From assembly GCA_965198225.1 (NCBI GenBank), contig CBDAOY010000004.1, positions 416,001-480,000 on the forward strand: a stretch of DNA of 64,000 nucleotides. Reading direction: 5' to 3'. This DNA is from Terriglobia bacterium (GTDB lineage: Bacteria > Acidobacteriota > Terriglobia > 20CM-2-55-15). This document shows positions 1-9,494 of the stretch, in pieces. Under the pieces are notes generated by a model. That model saw only the letters and a program-made list of their open reading frames with translations, was not told the DNA's origin and ran no database searches. A program made the translations under genes and the position numbers. Position 1 is the stretch's first letter. Every line of letters starts with the position of its first letter.

Positions 1-232
1 ATCGTCCAGACGAATCGGTCACTGTGCGGAAGAGGAACCCGAATTCTTCCAGGACCACCGGGACATTCCCCAACGGCGATCCGTGTTCGGTCAGTACCTG
101 GCCGCTGAGCCACCTGTACTGCTGATCCTGTGCGACAGAGGGAATCGTCATCAGCGAAACCAACGTGACGATCAGCGCGGCATGTCGCTTGAAGGTTCGA
201 GCCCGATGAGGGCTCGTGTCGTGATATTTCAT
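1..232 (-). CDS. Exported protein with carboxypeptidase-regulatory-like N-terminal domain (5' part only; runs off the window start); paralogue of 584..1594
   Basis: Not in the ORF track. Manual translation from ATG 232 with GGAG upstream: MKYHDTSPHRARTFKRHAALIVTLVSLMTIPSVAQDQQYRWLSGQVLTEHGSPLGNVPVVLEEFGFLFRTVTDSSGR, which aligns with WLRGEVVDEHGEPVSHIEV...TLTDTFGRF of the next gene. Confidence 0.7.
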   Translation of the reverse strand, partial: MKYHDTSPHRARTFKRHAALIVTLVSLMTIPSVAQDQQYRWLSGQVLTEHGSPLGNVPVVLEEFGFLFRTVTDSSGR

Positions 233-583
233 CGCTAAGCTCCAGACTGCTTTCCGGATTCTCCGGGGGTGAACGCACACGCGATTCCGTGAGTTTCAAA
301 TCACGCCGATTCCGTGATTCAGACGCGATCCGTTTTGGATCGTGTGATTGCAGTGACTGGGTTAGGTCGCTCCGCGTTACCAACGCTTGCAAGAAGTTAC
401 AATTTCACTAGGAGGCCTATCTTCAGGGAGCGAAGCGCAAGTCGTTCATGAAGAGGCGTTAGTCGAGAATCTGGTTGGCGGGCACACGAAAGGTATATCA
501 GGTGAGTGCAGGATGGACGCACAAAACAGGTTGCGCGGAGTCTATCGGGTCGGATCTGTCGGAGAGAAAAGGACGCCCCTAGT

Positions 584-1594
584 TCAGTTGCGCGGTCGGT
601 CGAGCGTTCCCTTGAGAAGCTCGGACCGCAGACGTGCGGCCCATTCGCGCCCATCACCATCAGGGCCTTCTCGAAGATACCCATCGAGCTGTTTCAGGAG
701 CCGCTCGTGCTCTCCGGTCCGAAGGTAGACGTTGGCCAGCATGAGGCGCACTGACGGTAATTCTGGATCGAGATTTCGTGCCTGAAGCAGCGCTGTCTCC
801 GCTTCCTCCAGCCGGTTCGATCGAAACAGGGCGAGACCGAGATTGTAGAAGGCGGGCGGTGGCGGTGGCGTGATCCGTGTCGCCTCCCGGAGGATCCCGA
901 TTGCGTCCCTGTTGCGTCCCTGTTTCAGGTAAAGGCTGCCCAGGTTGATGAGCGGCCGGGGATGGTGTCGGGTCAGCGACAGGGCGGCCAGATACTCCTG
1001 CTCCGCCTCTTCGAGCGAGTCGTTTTCGTGGTAGAGCAGCGCGAGGTTGACGTGTGCATCAAAAAAGCGGGGTGCGAGGGCGACAGCCTTCTTCAGGTGT
1101 TCAATCGCCTCTTCCGGGCGGCCCTGCCGGCTGGATTCGACGCCTTTTCTGTAGTGCTTGGTGGCTTCATCGGGGAAGTTCTCCACGAACTGGCTGACGT
1201 CGATGACGAGGCTGTCCGGAGTCGGTTCGGGACTGCGGCGGCGGAGAGAGCGCAGTATGATGCGTGTCGGAGCAAACCCATCCGCCACGATTGTTTCATG
1301 TTGGTAGCCCGTCGCGTCGACGGCGATGCGGTGTCGTCGGCCTCTTCCCACCCCGAAGAACTCGAATCGCCCAAAGGTATCGGTCAACGTCGTTCTCGGG
1401 GGAACGCCCTCGAAGCGAACTTCGATGTGAGAAACGGGTTCGCCGTGCTCGTCGACGACCTCCCCTCTCAGCCAGTCGGCCTGGCCGAGGACGGAAGCTG
1501 GAGCCAGGAGATAGGAGCAGACGATCGGTGCGATGGCGAACAAGGCCAGCCTCAGGCTGGGGTGAAGGGGCCTTTTTTTCCGGTGATCGTGCAT
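584..1594 (-). CDS. Exported TPR-repeat protein with N-terminal carboxypeptidase-regulatory-like domain
   Basis: Likely start ATG 1594 after GGAG; signal peptide; G-x-V-x-D-x-x-G-x-P domain; TPR helices (AHVNLALLY, AFYNLGLALF). Confidence 0.8.
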   Translation of the reverse strand: MHDHRKKRPLHPSLRLALFAIAPIVCSYLLAPASVLGQADWLRGEVVDEHGEPVSHIEVRFEGVPPRTTLTDTFGRFEFFGVGRGRRHRIAVDATGYQHETIVADGFAPTRIILRSLRRRSPEPTPDSLVIDVSQFVENFPDEATKHYRKGVESSRQGRPEEAIEHLKKAVALAPRFFDAHVNLALLYHENDSLEEAEQEYLAALSLTRHHPRPLINLGSLYLKQGRNRDAIGILREATRITPPPPPAFYNLGLALFRSNRLEEAETALLQARNLDPELPSVRLMLANVYLRTGEHERLLKQLDGYLREGPDGDGREWAARLRSELLKGTLDRPRN

Positions 1595-1761
1595 CGCGTT
1601 TTCTCCGGCAAATGTGTCTGGATTGTTCTCGATTCTTGAGAGGCAAGCCGTGTACCAAAACACCGAAATCGCATTACAAGCGGTGTAACCGTTTCGTTTC
1701 AGCATGATCGGGGTGAAGGGGGGTGGTGAGCGTGATGGGGCGCAGGCTGTTTCGGGACGGG

Positions 1762-2036
1762 CTAGTGACCTGTAACAGTGCTATCGGTACCAGCGTTCGG
1801 CGGAACGGCGTCGGATTCTAGGAGTGACGCTCGAGCCAATGCTGTTTCATTGCGAGGGCGTTACAACACCGAAGACGGCGCCGTTGGGCCGAACCCTTCG
1901 GGCCGATGGGGGTTGCGGGCGATCTCTTTGTCGGAAGCCGTCACCGATGAAAGAGCATCGCTTTCCGTCTCACTCCTCGACCTCGCCCGCAAGACCCATC
2001 GGCGATGGTGCCGATAGCCCTGTTACAGGCCACTAG
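1762..2036. mobile_element. 275-bp CTAG-bounded structured palindromic element (MITE-like), copy 1
   Basis: Ends CTAGTGACCTGTAACAG...CTGTTACAGGCCACTAG with a ~34-bp imperfect terminal inverted repeat; near-identical inverted copy at 15310..15584. Confidence 0.85.
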
Positions 2037-2821
2037 TTGTTCCGGGGTCCGGATGACGGAGTGTTGGGGAGCGTACTCAGGATCTGTGAGCGCAAGCGCT
2101 CGGCCCATTCGCGGTCCTTGCCGGTTGGATTGGTTGCCAGGTACGAATCGAGCAGTTTCATCAACCGTTGCTGGTCGCCCATAGTCAGGTAGATACGAGC
2201 CAGCATCGAAGAGGCTTGAGGCGACAGCGAGGGATCCAGTTCCAGGGCGCGAAGCAGAGCCTGTTCCGCCCCAGCAAGTTCGCGCAATCGGAACAGTGCA
2301 AGCCCCAGGTTGTAGAAAGCCACAGGTGGGGGCGGGGTCATCGCGATGGCCTCCCGCAGTATTTCGACAGCCTTTCTGTTCTGGTCGCGCATCAGGTACA
2401 CACTCGCAAGATTGACCGTCGGCATTCGGTAGTCTCCGGTCAGGCTTCGTGCGAGCACGTACTCCCGCTCGGCTTCGTCCAGCATCCCACTCGTCTGGTA
2501 GACCATCCCCAGGTACATGTGAGCAGCGCCAAACTTGGGCGCCCTCTGGGTGGCTGCCTCGAAATGCCGGATGGCGCTCCGGCTCCTGCCTTTGGCCAGG
2601 GCCGTGAGACCTTGTTCGTAGTGATCGATCTCGGAATTCGGGATGAGCTTCGGGACGTGATTCAGATCGCGGACGAGGTCGCCGGGCTTCGGGCGCGACT
2701 CGTCGTGAGGCGCTGCGGCCAGAGTCGCCGTCGTCAGACATGCCAGGAGGAGTGACGCCAAAATGAAGTGCCAACCGACGCCGGTGCTGAGCTGCCAGGC
2801 TTTTCGTCCTTGAGTGGGCAT
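2033..2821 (-). CDS. Exported TPR-repeat protein
   Basis: AGGAGG before ATG; signal peptide; TPR repeats; shares TPPPP-x-AFYNLGLALFR with 584..1594; stop TAG is the element's CTAG. Confidence 0.8.
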   Translation of the reverse strand: MPTQGRKAWQLSTGVGWHFILASLLLACLTTATLAAAPHDESRPKPGDLVRDLNHVPKLIPNSEIDHYEQGLTALAKGRSRSAIRHFEAATQRAPKFGAAHMYLGMVYQTSGMLDEAEREYVLARSLTGDYRMPTVNLASVYLMRDQNRKAVEILREAIAMTPPPPVAFYNLGLALFRLRELAGAEQALLRALELDPSLSPQASSMLARIYLTMGDQQRLMKLLDSYLATNPTGKDREWAERLRSQILSTLPNTPSSGPRNN

Positions 2822-3097
2822 GGCGTTCCTCCTTGAACCTGGAATTTCCTATTTCCAAGCTACTGCCTGCAGCTTGCGAGCCAACCGGACCGGTCGGGTG
2901 GGAAAACGGGTCAAAGCTATTGATAGGAAGGGAGAAGGGGCGGTGGCGGATCGGTGTCCGCCTTCCCGAAATAGTGTCAATTGGTTGACATTGACGAGTA
3001 AGAGTCGCGGACGAGCGGCTTAATCCACCGAGTTGTTGGACCAGGAGACCTCAAATTGGGAATTGGAGATTGGAGATTGAATCAGGGTGATTGCCGC

Positions 3098-5737
3098 TCA
3101 CTCGTGGCGGAGCGAGGTCAACGGGTCCACTTTCGAGGCATGGACGGCGGGCAGCAGACTGGCCGCGATTGTAACGATTCCCAGCAACCCTCCGACGGTC
3201 GCGAGCATCGCCGGATCTGTCGGGCTCACTCCGAATAGCCTGTTTTCCAGGAATCGTGCGAACAACGCTCCGGCCGGCAATCCCGCGAGGAGCCCAATCC
3301 CCGTCATTCGCAATCCGACGGCGAGGATCGACCTCATGATGGTACCGGGCCGCGCCCCGAGTGCGAGGCGCACTCCGATTTCGCGTGTCCGAGCGCGCAC
3401 CCAGTAGGAGACGACGCCGAAGACTCCGATCATCCCCATGAACAGCGCCAGGCCGGCAAAGATCGCCAGCAGGGTGGTCACGTTCCGGGAGTCCGACGTT
3501 GAGAGCTCGATCACGGTGCGCATAGACGAGATGAAAGAGATCGGCACCTGCTCGTCGACCGACCATATTGCGTTCTTCACGCCCTCGATGGCTGTCATCG
3601 GATCCGATCGGGTGCGGAGCGTGAGGAAGAAACCCTGCATGCCCTCCTGACTCAGGGGCCGGTAGATTTCCGGGCTGCTTTCAAGATGGAGTCCGACCTG
3701 GCGGATATCCCCGACGACGCCGACGACCGTGAACCACGGATCGCCTTCCCAGTGAAACAGCTTGCCGATCGGATCGCTTCCGGGCCAGAGCTGTCGTCGG
3801 AGAGCGGCATTGATCACCGCTACCGGTGCAGATGCGTTTCGATCCCCCTCGTCGAGCATGCGGCCTTCGAGCAGGGGGATCCCCATCGTAGGAAAATAGT
3901 CCGGCGTGACCACCCGGTAGTTCGCGTTCGGGATCGTCCCTCCCGGCGGGATCGGGTTGTCCTCGGCCATGAACGCGACACGCATGTTGCCGGGTCTCAG
4001 CGGAAGCAGGTTCGTGGCTCCGACTGAGACGATGCCTGGCACCGACAACACCTGCTCGCGGATCTGGCGGTAGTAACCCGCCTGCTGGGCGCCGTCTCCG
4101 TAGCGAGCCTCGGACGGGGTCAACCGTAGCGTGAGGAGGTTTTCGGGGTTGAAGCCCGCGTCGACCTGCTGGAGTTGCCACGAACTCTTGACCATCAGGC
4201 CCGCGCCCACGACGAGGACGACCGACAGCGCGATCTGGGCTATCACCAGCATTCCGTTCAGACGAGGCCGTCCGGGGGTGTATCCACCACCGCGGTAGCG
4301 GAGCGTGTCATCCTTAATGCGCGTCGTCCATAGAGCCGGGACAAGTCCGAACATCAGGGTCGATAGGAGTGAAAGGCCCACCGTAAACCAGAGGACGGTG
4401 CCATCCACTTCGAGGTCTGGCGCGATGCCACCGGCAATGGATGCCGAGAGCGTGCCTGGAAGCCAGGCGGAGAGCGCCGGTGGAAGCCAGCCCGCCAGGA
4501 GTAGACCAGCTCCGCCTCCCAGGATTCCGAGAATGGCGCTCTCGGTCATCAGTTGGCGCACGATACGGGCGCGACCGGCGCCCAACGCAGCCCGTATGGC
4601 GATCTCCCGAGTTCGTGTCGTGCTTCGAGCCAGCAGCAGGCCGGCGACATTCGTGCAGGCGATCATCAGAACGAGCCCGACCGCGCCGAGCAGGAGCAAC
4701 AGCGTGGGCCGAACGTTGCCCACCTCGACCTCGTTGAGCGAAGCCGCTCCAGGGTTTTCGATGAAGTCCCGGGAGTAGTAGGCGGGATGCCTCGCTCGGA
4801 TCGCGGGAGCGACGCGCCGTATATCTTCTGCGGCCTGCTCGAGGGAAACGCCCGTCGACAGGCGTCCGACCATTCCCAGATAGTGGTTGTCGAAGTAGAG
4901 TTCGCCTTCGGCCTCGTCCGTCACCAGCGGTACCCAGAGACTGGCGCCGCGAACGAGCGGTCGATGGTCGGCCGGCAGGACTCCTATGATGGTCCGGCGC
5001 ACGGCGTCGGCCCCATCCAATTCCACACTTCTGCCGACGATGTTGGAGTCGCCACCGAAACGCCGCTGCCATAGGCCATGGCTGATTATGGCTACCGGCT
5101 CCGCGCCTCTTCGGCGCTCCTCGGGCAGGAAGTCCCGTCCGCGCACCGGGCGTGTCCCGAGCACTGTCAAGTGGCTTGGCAGGACGGTCATCCCGACCAA
5201 CTCTTCGGCTTCGCTCATGCCCGTCAGGGCGAATCGCCTGCCGGCGTAGGCCGAAAGCGCATCAAACCTGGTGAGCTCTTCTTCCAGACCGACGACGATC
5301 GCCTTGCTCAGGTTCGCCTCCGGCCAGATCCGAACCAACTCCTGCGACGCCGGGTAGGGCAACCCCCGGAGTACGAGTTCGTTCAGGAGACTGAAGATAG
5401 CCGTATTACAACCGATTCCAAGGGCGAGCGTGAGAACCACAACGGTCGTGAATCCCGGGTTCTTCGCCAGGACACGGACCCCATAGCGCATGTCCTGGAA
5501 GAGTCGGTCGATCTGCGGGATCCCGCGCCGGTCTCGATGGCTTTCTTTGATCTGCTCGATTCCACCCAGGCTGCGACGCGCGGCGTAGCGTGCCTCTTCC
5601 GGATTCATTCCGTGATCCAGGTTTTCCTGGATCTCCATTTCCAAATGGAACCGGAGTTCCTCCTCCAGAATCCGGTCGTGGCGTCGATTCCGAACGAAGC
5701 CCCACAGGCGGGAAAGCATGGTTCGAAGCGCCGTCAT
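3098..5737 (-). CDS. ADOP-type (MacB/FtsX duplicated) ABC transporter permease
   Basis: EEELRFHLEM, DMRYGVRVLAKNPGFT..LTLALGIG, LLLLLGAVGLVLMIACTNVAGLLLAR, EIGVRLALGA; likely start ATG 5737. Confidence 0.92.
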   Translation of the reverse strand: MTALRTMLSRLWGFVRNRRHDRILEEELRFHLEMEIQENLDHGMNPEEARYAARRSLGGIEQIKESHRDRRGIPQIDRLFQDMRYGVRVLAKNPGFTTVVVLTLALGIGCNTAIFSLLNELVLRGLPYPASQELVRIWPEANLSKAIVVGLEEELTRFDALSAYAGRRFALTGMSEAEELVGMTVLPSHLTVLGTRPVRGRDFLPEERRRGAEPVAIISHGLWQRRFGGDSNIVGRSVELDGADAVRRTIIGVLPADHRPLVRGASLWVPLVTDEAEGELYFDNHYLGMVGRLSTGVSLEQAAEDIRRVAPAIRARHPAYYSRDFIENPGAASLNEVEVGNVRPTLLLLLGAVGLVLMIACTNVAGLLLARSTTRTREIAIRAALGAGRARIVRQLMTESAILGILGGGAGLLLAGWLPPALSAWLPGTLSASIAGGIAPDLEVDGTVLWFTVGLSLLSTLMFGLVPALWTTRIKDDTLRYRGGGYTPGRPRLNGMLVIAQIALSVVLVVGAGLMVKSSWQLQQVDAGFNPENLLTLRLTPSEARYGDGAQQAGYYRQIREQVLSVPGIVSVGATNLLPLRPGNMRVAFMAEDNPIPPGGTIPNANYRVVTPDYFPTMGIPLLEGRMLDEGDRNASAPVAVINAALRRQLWPGSDPIGKLFHWEGDPWFTVVGVVGDIRQVGLHLESSPEIYRPLSQEGMQGFFLTLRTRSDPMTAIEGVKNAIWSVDEQVPISFISSMRTVIELSTSDSRNVTTLLAIFAGLALFMGMIGVFGVVSYWVRARTREIGVRLALGARPGTIMRSILAVGLRMTGIGLLAGLPAGALFARFLENRLFGVSPTDPAMLATVGGLLGIVTIAASLLPAVHASKVDPLTSLRHE

Positions 5738-5782
5738 CTGCCCTCTGTCCTTCTCGAACACGGCCAAGCTGGCCGGTCACAG

Positions 5783-5837
5783 TCCTCTTGACAATCAAAA
5801 GGAGAATACGGTTGGCCCTTTTTGATTGTCAACAGGA
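5783..5837 (-). promoter_or_regulatory. Promoter overlapped by a long inverted repeat (putative PadR-type operator)
   Basis: TCCTcTTGACAATCAAAAGG...CCTTTTTGATTGTCAAcAGGA inverted repeat; minus strand reads TTGACA-N18-TATTCT upstream of the permease. Confidence 0.55.
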
Positions 5838-5955
5838 AAGAATCCCCATGCGAGTCTTCACTCGAGCCAAGACACTGATTAAACAGCACCTGTGGCTGTT
5901 GCAAGATAGGAACTGTCGAGACTGTCCCTATTTCATGTCGCTATTGTTCAACGTG

Positions 5956-6609
5956 TTAGCGCAGTAGGCGGCTACTGTTCCAGCGGATGTCGGCAGGCCG
6001 GTAGCGGTTGTGGATGTTGAGCTTCTTGATGCGGTAGGCTAGCGTTGTGGGTCGCAGACCGAGTCGGACGGCTGCACCGAGGTCGCCGTAGATACGCCCT
6101 TTGGCCTCTTCCAGGGCGCGGAGAATGATGTCGCGCTCCAGACGCTCCAGATCCCCCAGTGTCAGGTTCTCGGGAAGTGATCCCTCCGCGACGTCGCCAT
6201 CGGTTCCGGGTTGCGGGGAAGGAGGTTCGGCCAGGCGCCCGTCTTCCTCGAAGCCCAGGGGGCCACCGGCCGAGTGGATGAGGGCGCGCTCGATCGCGTT
6301 CTGCAGTTCGCGCACGTTGCCGGGCCAGGTCTGGGACTCGAGATGCCGGATGTTTGCACGGGTCAGTTGGACTTCCGGAAAGCCGTTTCGTCGGCAGGAT
6401 TCGTCCAGGAAGTGGCGCGCGAGCACGGGAACGTCTTCGATCCGGTCGCGTAGCGGCGGGACTTCGACGCGGAACACACTCAGCCTGTAATAGAGGTCTT
6501 CCCGGAAGCGTCCTTCCCGTGCATCGGCCGCGAGATTGCGGTTCGTCGCCGCGATGATGCGGACGTCGGTCCTCCGCGTGAAGCTTTCGCCCACCCGTTC
6601 GAACTGGCC
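5956..6609 (-). pseudogene. 5'-truncated sigma-54-dependent (NtrC/FhlA-like) activator: AAA+ C-terminal part plus Fis HTH
   Basis: GQFERVGESFTRRTDVRIIAATNRNL, FREDLYYRL, WPGNVRELQN and HTH present; Walker A, GAFTGA and Walker B absent; homology stops at ~6609. Confidence 0.85.
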
Positions 6610-6887
6610 CCGGACCCTACAAGCACGTCCGGCATCCCCTCTATGTCGGGTGGCTGATTACCTTCTGGGTGACGCCCACCATGACCGGGGCTCACCTTCT
6701 GTTCGCCGTTGCGACCACCGCGTACATCCTGATCGCAATCCAGCTCGAAGAGAAGGATCTAGTCTACTACCTCGGTGACCGCTATGAGACCTACAGGCAG
6801 ACCGTGCCGATGATCATCCCCAGCCTTACGGCGAAGCGGATGGAGGCGGCGGATGAGGGTCGGGCCAAGGCGGCGTCGGGCGATTAG
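6609..6887 (+). pseudogene. mddA: 3' fragment of methanethiol S-methyltransferase (MddA / isoprenylcysteine carboxyl methyltransferase family)
   Basis: In frame from 6609: PGPYKHVRHPLYVGWLITFWVTPTMTGAHLLFAVATTAYILIAIQLEEKDL; N-terminal two thirds missing. Confidence 0.75.
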
Positions 6888-6911
6888 GGTCGCCAGAGAC
6901 CTGAAGAAGGT

Positions 6912-6977
6912 GTAGGTGCGGTCTATGACCGCACACTTGTCGGACCGAAACACGTGCGCTCATGGAACGCACCTGCA
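6912..6977. repeat. GTAG-type REP doublet (REPIN-like)
   Basis: GTAG-GTGCGGTC-TAT-GACCGCAC plus a degenerate inverted partner GTGCGCTCATGGAACGCACCTGC. Confidence 0.8.
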
Positions 6978-7100
6978 CCCACCTGCCCGCTTCGCCTGAC
7001 CGGATCAAGAAAGAGATCTCCCTGAAATCCTTCTCCCCCTATTTTCTCCGTTCCCATCTGCCGATACAGCAGTTGAAAGACCAGTTTAAGGGGGGACAGA

Positions 7101-7517
7101 ATGATGAAGCGTTTGCTTCCGATCGTGATGTTGCTTTTCGGAGCGCCCCTCTTCGCACAACCACGAGTTCTGATCGACAACCGCACCGATCATGACGTGG
7201 ACACCGGGCGTGTCCGCCGAATGGCTGCTGAAGCTCTTGTCAACGCAACCGTTAACGAACCCGTTATTGTCGTTCACCTCTGGCCAAGGAAGGCGCTCCG
7301 ATCGATGACCGGCGGAAAATTAGATTCATTTTTCGTCGGCCCGAATCATGTTTTCATGCACGACGTCGACTACCTGGCTCTCGTCCACGGTATGTTGCTC
7401 GTGATGTTTCCCGACGAAGATGTCGAGGAAATCGAACGCCGGGGTCGCCGCATCTGGCTGATGGAAGAGCTGGTGGTGCGGGTGGACACGCTTCAAACTG
7501 CCGCCGGATCGCGCTAG
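7101..7517 (+). CDS. Hypothetical exported protein
   Basis: GGGGGA RBS; signal peptide MMKRLLPIVMLLFGAPLFA-Q. Confidence 0.65.
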   Translation: MMKRLLPIVMLLFGAPLFAQPRVLIDNRTDHDVDTGRVRRMAAEALVNATVNEPVIVVHLWPRKALRSMTGGKLDSFFVGPNHVFMHDVDYLALVHGMLLVMFPDEDVEEIERRGRRIWLMEELVVRVDTLQTAAGSR

Positions 7518-7639
7518 CAGCTCGACAACAAACCAAGGTTCATCTTAGATTCGCAATTGGAGATCGAGGACGAGGCCAATCCAAAAGCTCGATCTCCAAT
7601 CTCGAATTCCCATTGCGTCGTCTCGCCCGATCCGGGTTC

Positions 7640-9238
7640 CTAAAACCTCGATCCCCGAATCCAAGTGTCCGACCGCGCCCAGCTGGCCTCGAAGTCGGCG
7701 TCCACTTCCGGCGACGATTTACCCTGGGCCTCCAGCGCAGCCATGAGTCCGAACAGCGACCAGCCGTTGTGCGGGTGGTCTTCGAGCTCCTCCCGGTAGA
7801 CCCGCTCCGCGTCGGCGTACCTCTCCGCTTCGAGCAACGCCGCCCCGAGCCAGTGTCGAGCCGCGAACGGTAGAGCTTCCGGCTCGTCATAGATCAGTTT
7901 GTCTTCCAGAGTGGTCGCGCTTTCGAAGGACGCAATCGCAGCGGCCAGATCGCCCGATTCCCGGTGGATCTCTCCTTCCAGGATCCCGGCCAGAGTTCCA
8001 AGCAGGTTCTCAGCCGATTGCCTGCGGAAACTCGATGTCGATTCGGCGCCTTCCCGAACCCGGTTCAGATGGGCCCTGGCGAAATCGATATCGCCCGCAC
8101 GAAGCCGCGCGTAGCCGTGACCGAAGTCCCACATCCCGGCCTGGACGGTGGCGTCAGGTTGGTCGGTGACTTCCGGAATCTCATCGAAGCGGCCGAACCG
8201 GACCAGTGTCAGCACGTGGTACATGGTGTCGCCCGTCAGCTTCGCGTAGTCTTTGGCGGCCTGGATCGCAACCCCGCCCTGGCCGTCCATCGACGCCGCG
8301 AACAGCAGCATGTGCAGGTTGTGGCTGGGATAGATCGCGAACCCTTCGCCGACGTCCGCCTTCATGTCGGAATGCCAGGCCTGGATGTTCGCGCGGACCG
8401 AATCTCCCCACCGGCCGATCTCGTTCCAGGTATGAGACGGCATGTGGTTGATGTGACTGGCGCCGGGTATGGAGTTCCCGATGAACTCGGCGCAGTCCTC
8501 GGCCTTGCCCGGCGAGACGGTGGACTCTGTGGCGTGAATGTAGAGATGACAGGCGCCCGGGTGCCGGACGTCTCTCTCAAGGATGCCTTCGAGGACACCG
8601 TGAAGGCGCCCGACGTTGGGATCGTTCAAATCGCGCGTCCCCTGGCGGGGCTCCAGGAGGAACAACGCTTCCGCGTAGAGCGTGGCGGCATCCAGGTCGC
8701 CGGGGTACCTGTCGGCGAGCTTTCGCATGGCCTCGGCATACGGGCGGTCCTGATCCAGACGTTTGTCCGGGTCGAAGTCCTCGACATATCGCACGCGCAT
8801 GGCCTCGATAAAGGACTGTTCTTCCCGGGTGGCGTGGTCCGGCGCCAGCTCGAGCGCCTTCTGGATTGCCGCATACGCGTGAGGCGCCTCACTACGCCGC
8901 ATGGGTCCGTTCAGGTAGGACCCCCAGGACCAGGCTTCCCCCCAGTAGCAGATCGCGCAGTCCGGGTCTTTCTTCCAGGCCTCCCGAAAGGAGCGGGTCG
9001 CATCCTGCTTGGCGAACGCGTACATCATCTGGAACCCCTGGTCGAAGTACGCCTGCGCTTCCGGGTTGCTCGAGGAAATCGGACGTGCGAACTCACCCAG
9101 CGCTTTCGACAGGAGGGGCATCTGTTCGTTGAAAACGTCCGGTAGGGATGGTTCTTCTCTGTCCTGTCCGCCTGTCGTGGCGGCGAATACCAACAGCGAC
9201 ATGAAGACTATTCCAGCGCGCCGGCTCGACGTGGTCAT
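7640..9238 (-). CDS. Conserved exported TPR-containing protein
   Basis: GAGGAGG before ATG 9238; AQAYFDQG, DPDCAICYWGEAW, HPGACHLYIHA, HINHMPSH motifs; C-terminal TPR. Confidence 0.8.
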   Translation of the reverse strand: MTTSSRRAGIVFMSLLVFAATTGGQDREEPSLPDVFNEQMPLLSKALGEFARPISSSNPEAQAYFDQGFQMMYAFAKQDATRSFREAWKKDPDCAICYWGEAWSWGSYLNGPMRRSEAPHAYAAIQKALELAPDHATREEQSFIEAMRVRYVEDFDPDKRLDQDRPYAEAMRKLADRYPGDLDAATLYAEALFLLEPRQGTRDLNDPNVGRLHGVLEGILERDVRHPGACHLYIHATESTVSPGKAEDCAEFIGNSIPGASHINHMPSHTWNEIGRWGDSVRANIQAWHSDMKADVGEGFAIYPSHNLHMLLFAASMDGQGGVAIQAAKDYAKLTGDTMYHVLTLVRFGRFDEIPEVTDQPDATVQAGMWDFGHGYARLRAGDIDFARAHLNRVREGAESTSSFRRQSAENLLGTLAGILEGEIHRESGDLAAAIASFESATTLEDKLIYDEPEALPFAARHWLGAALLEAERYADAERVYREELEDHPHNGWSLFGLMAALEAQGKSSPEVDADFEASWARSDTWIRGSRF

Positions 9239-9494
9239 GGGTTCGATCCTCCTCGGGTTTGCCTGTGGGATCACACATGATACGACATCCCAACCCGATC
9301 CGGTGAAAAGGGGCGACTCGCTGTCCGCCGGCTGGACAATGTGTCTTACGATACGCGCGCTGAGTTGCGGCCGCTGTCAGGTTGGCGCAGGGCATAGCTG
9401 ACGCTCAGACCAGAACTCGCTTATTAATCAATAACTTAAATCCGTCACGAAGACTGGTCCGTGAATTGCGTTACTACCCCAGACATCTTCAATC

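Noticed and set aside
1778-2036. Short ORFs inside the 275-bp element (also 15310..15522 and 55118..55435)
   Set aside because: They are similar only because the DNA repeat is shared; frames are not conserved in the divergent copy and there is no RBS or protein motif.
7964-9145. Long antisense ORFs (for example 7964..9145, 21199..22293, 32283..33371, 55222..56385)
   Set aside because: Shadow frames of well-supported genes, expected in high-GC DNA.
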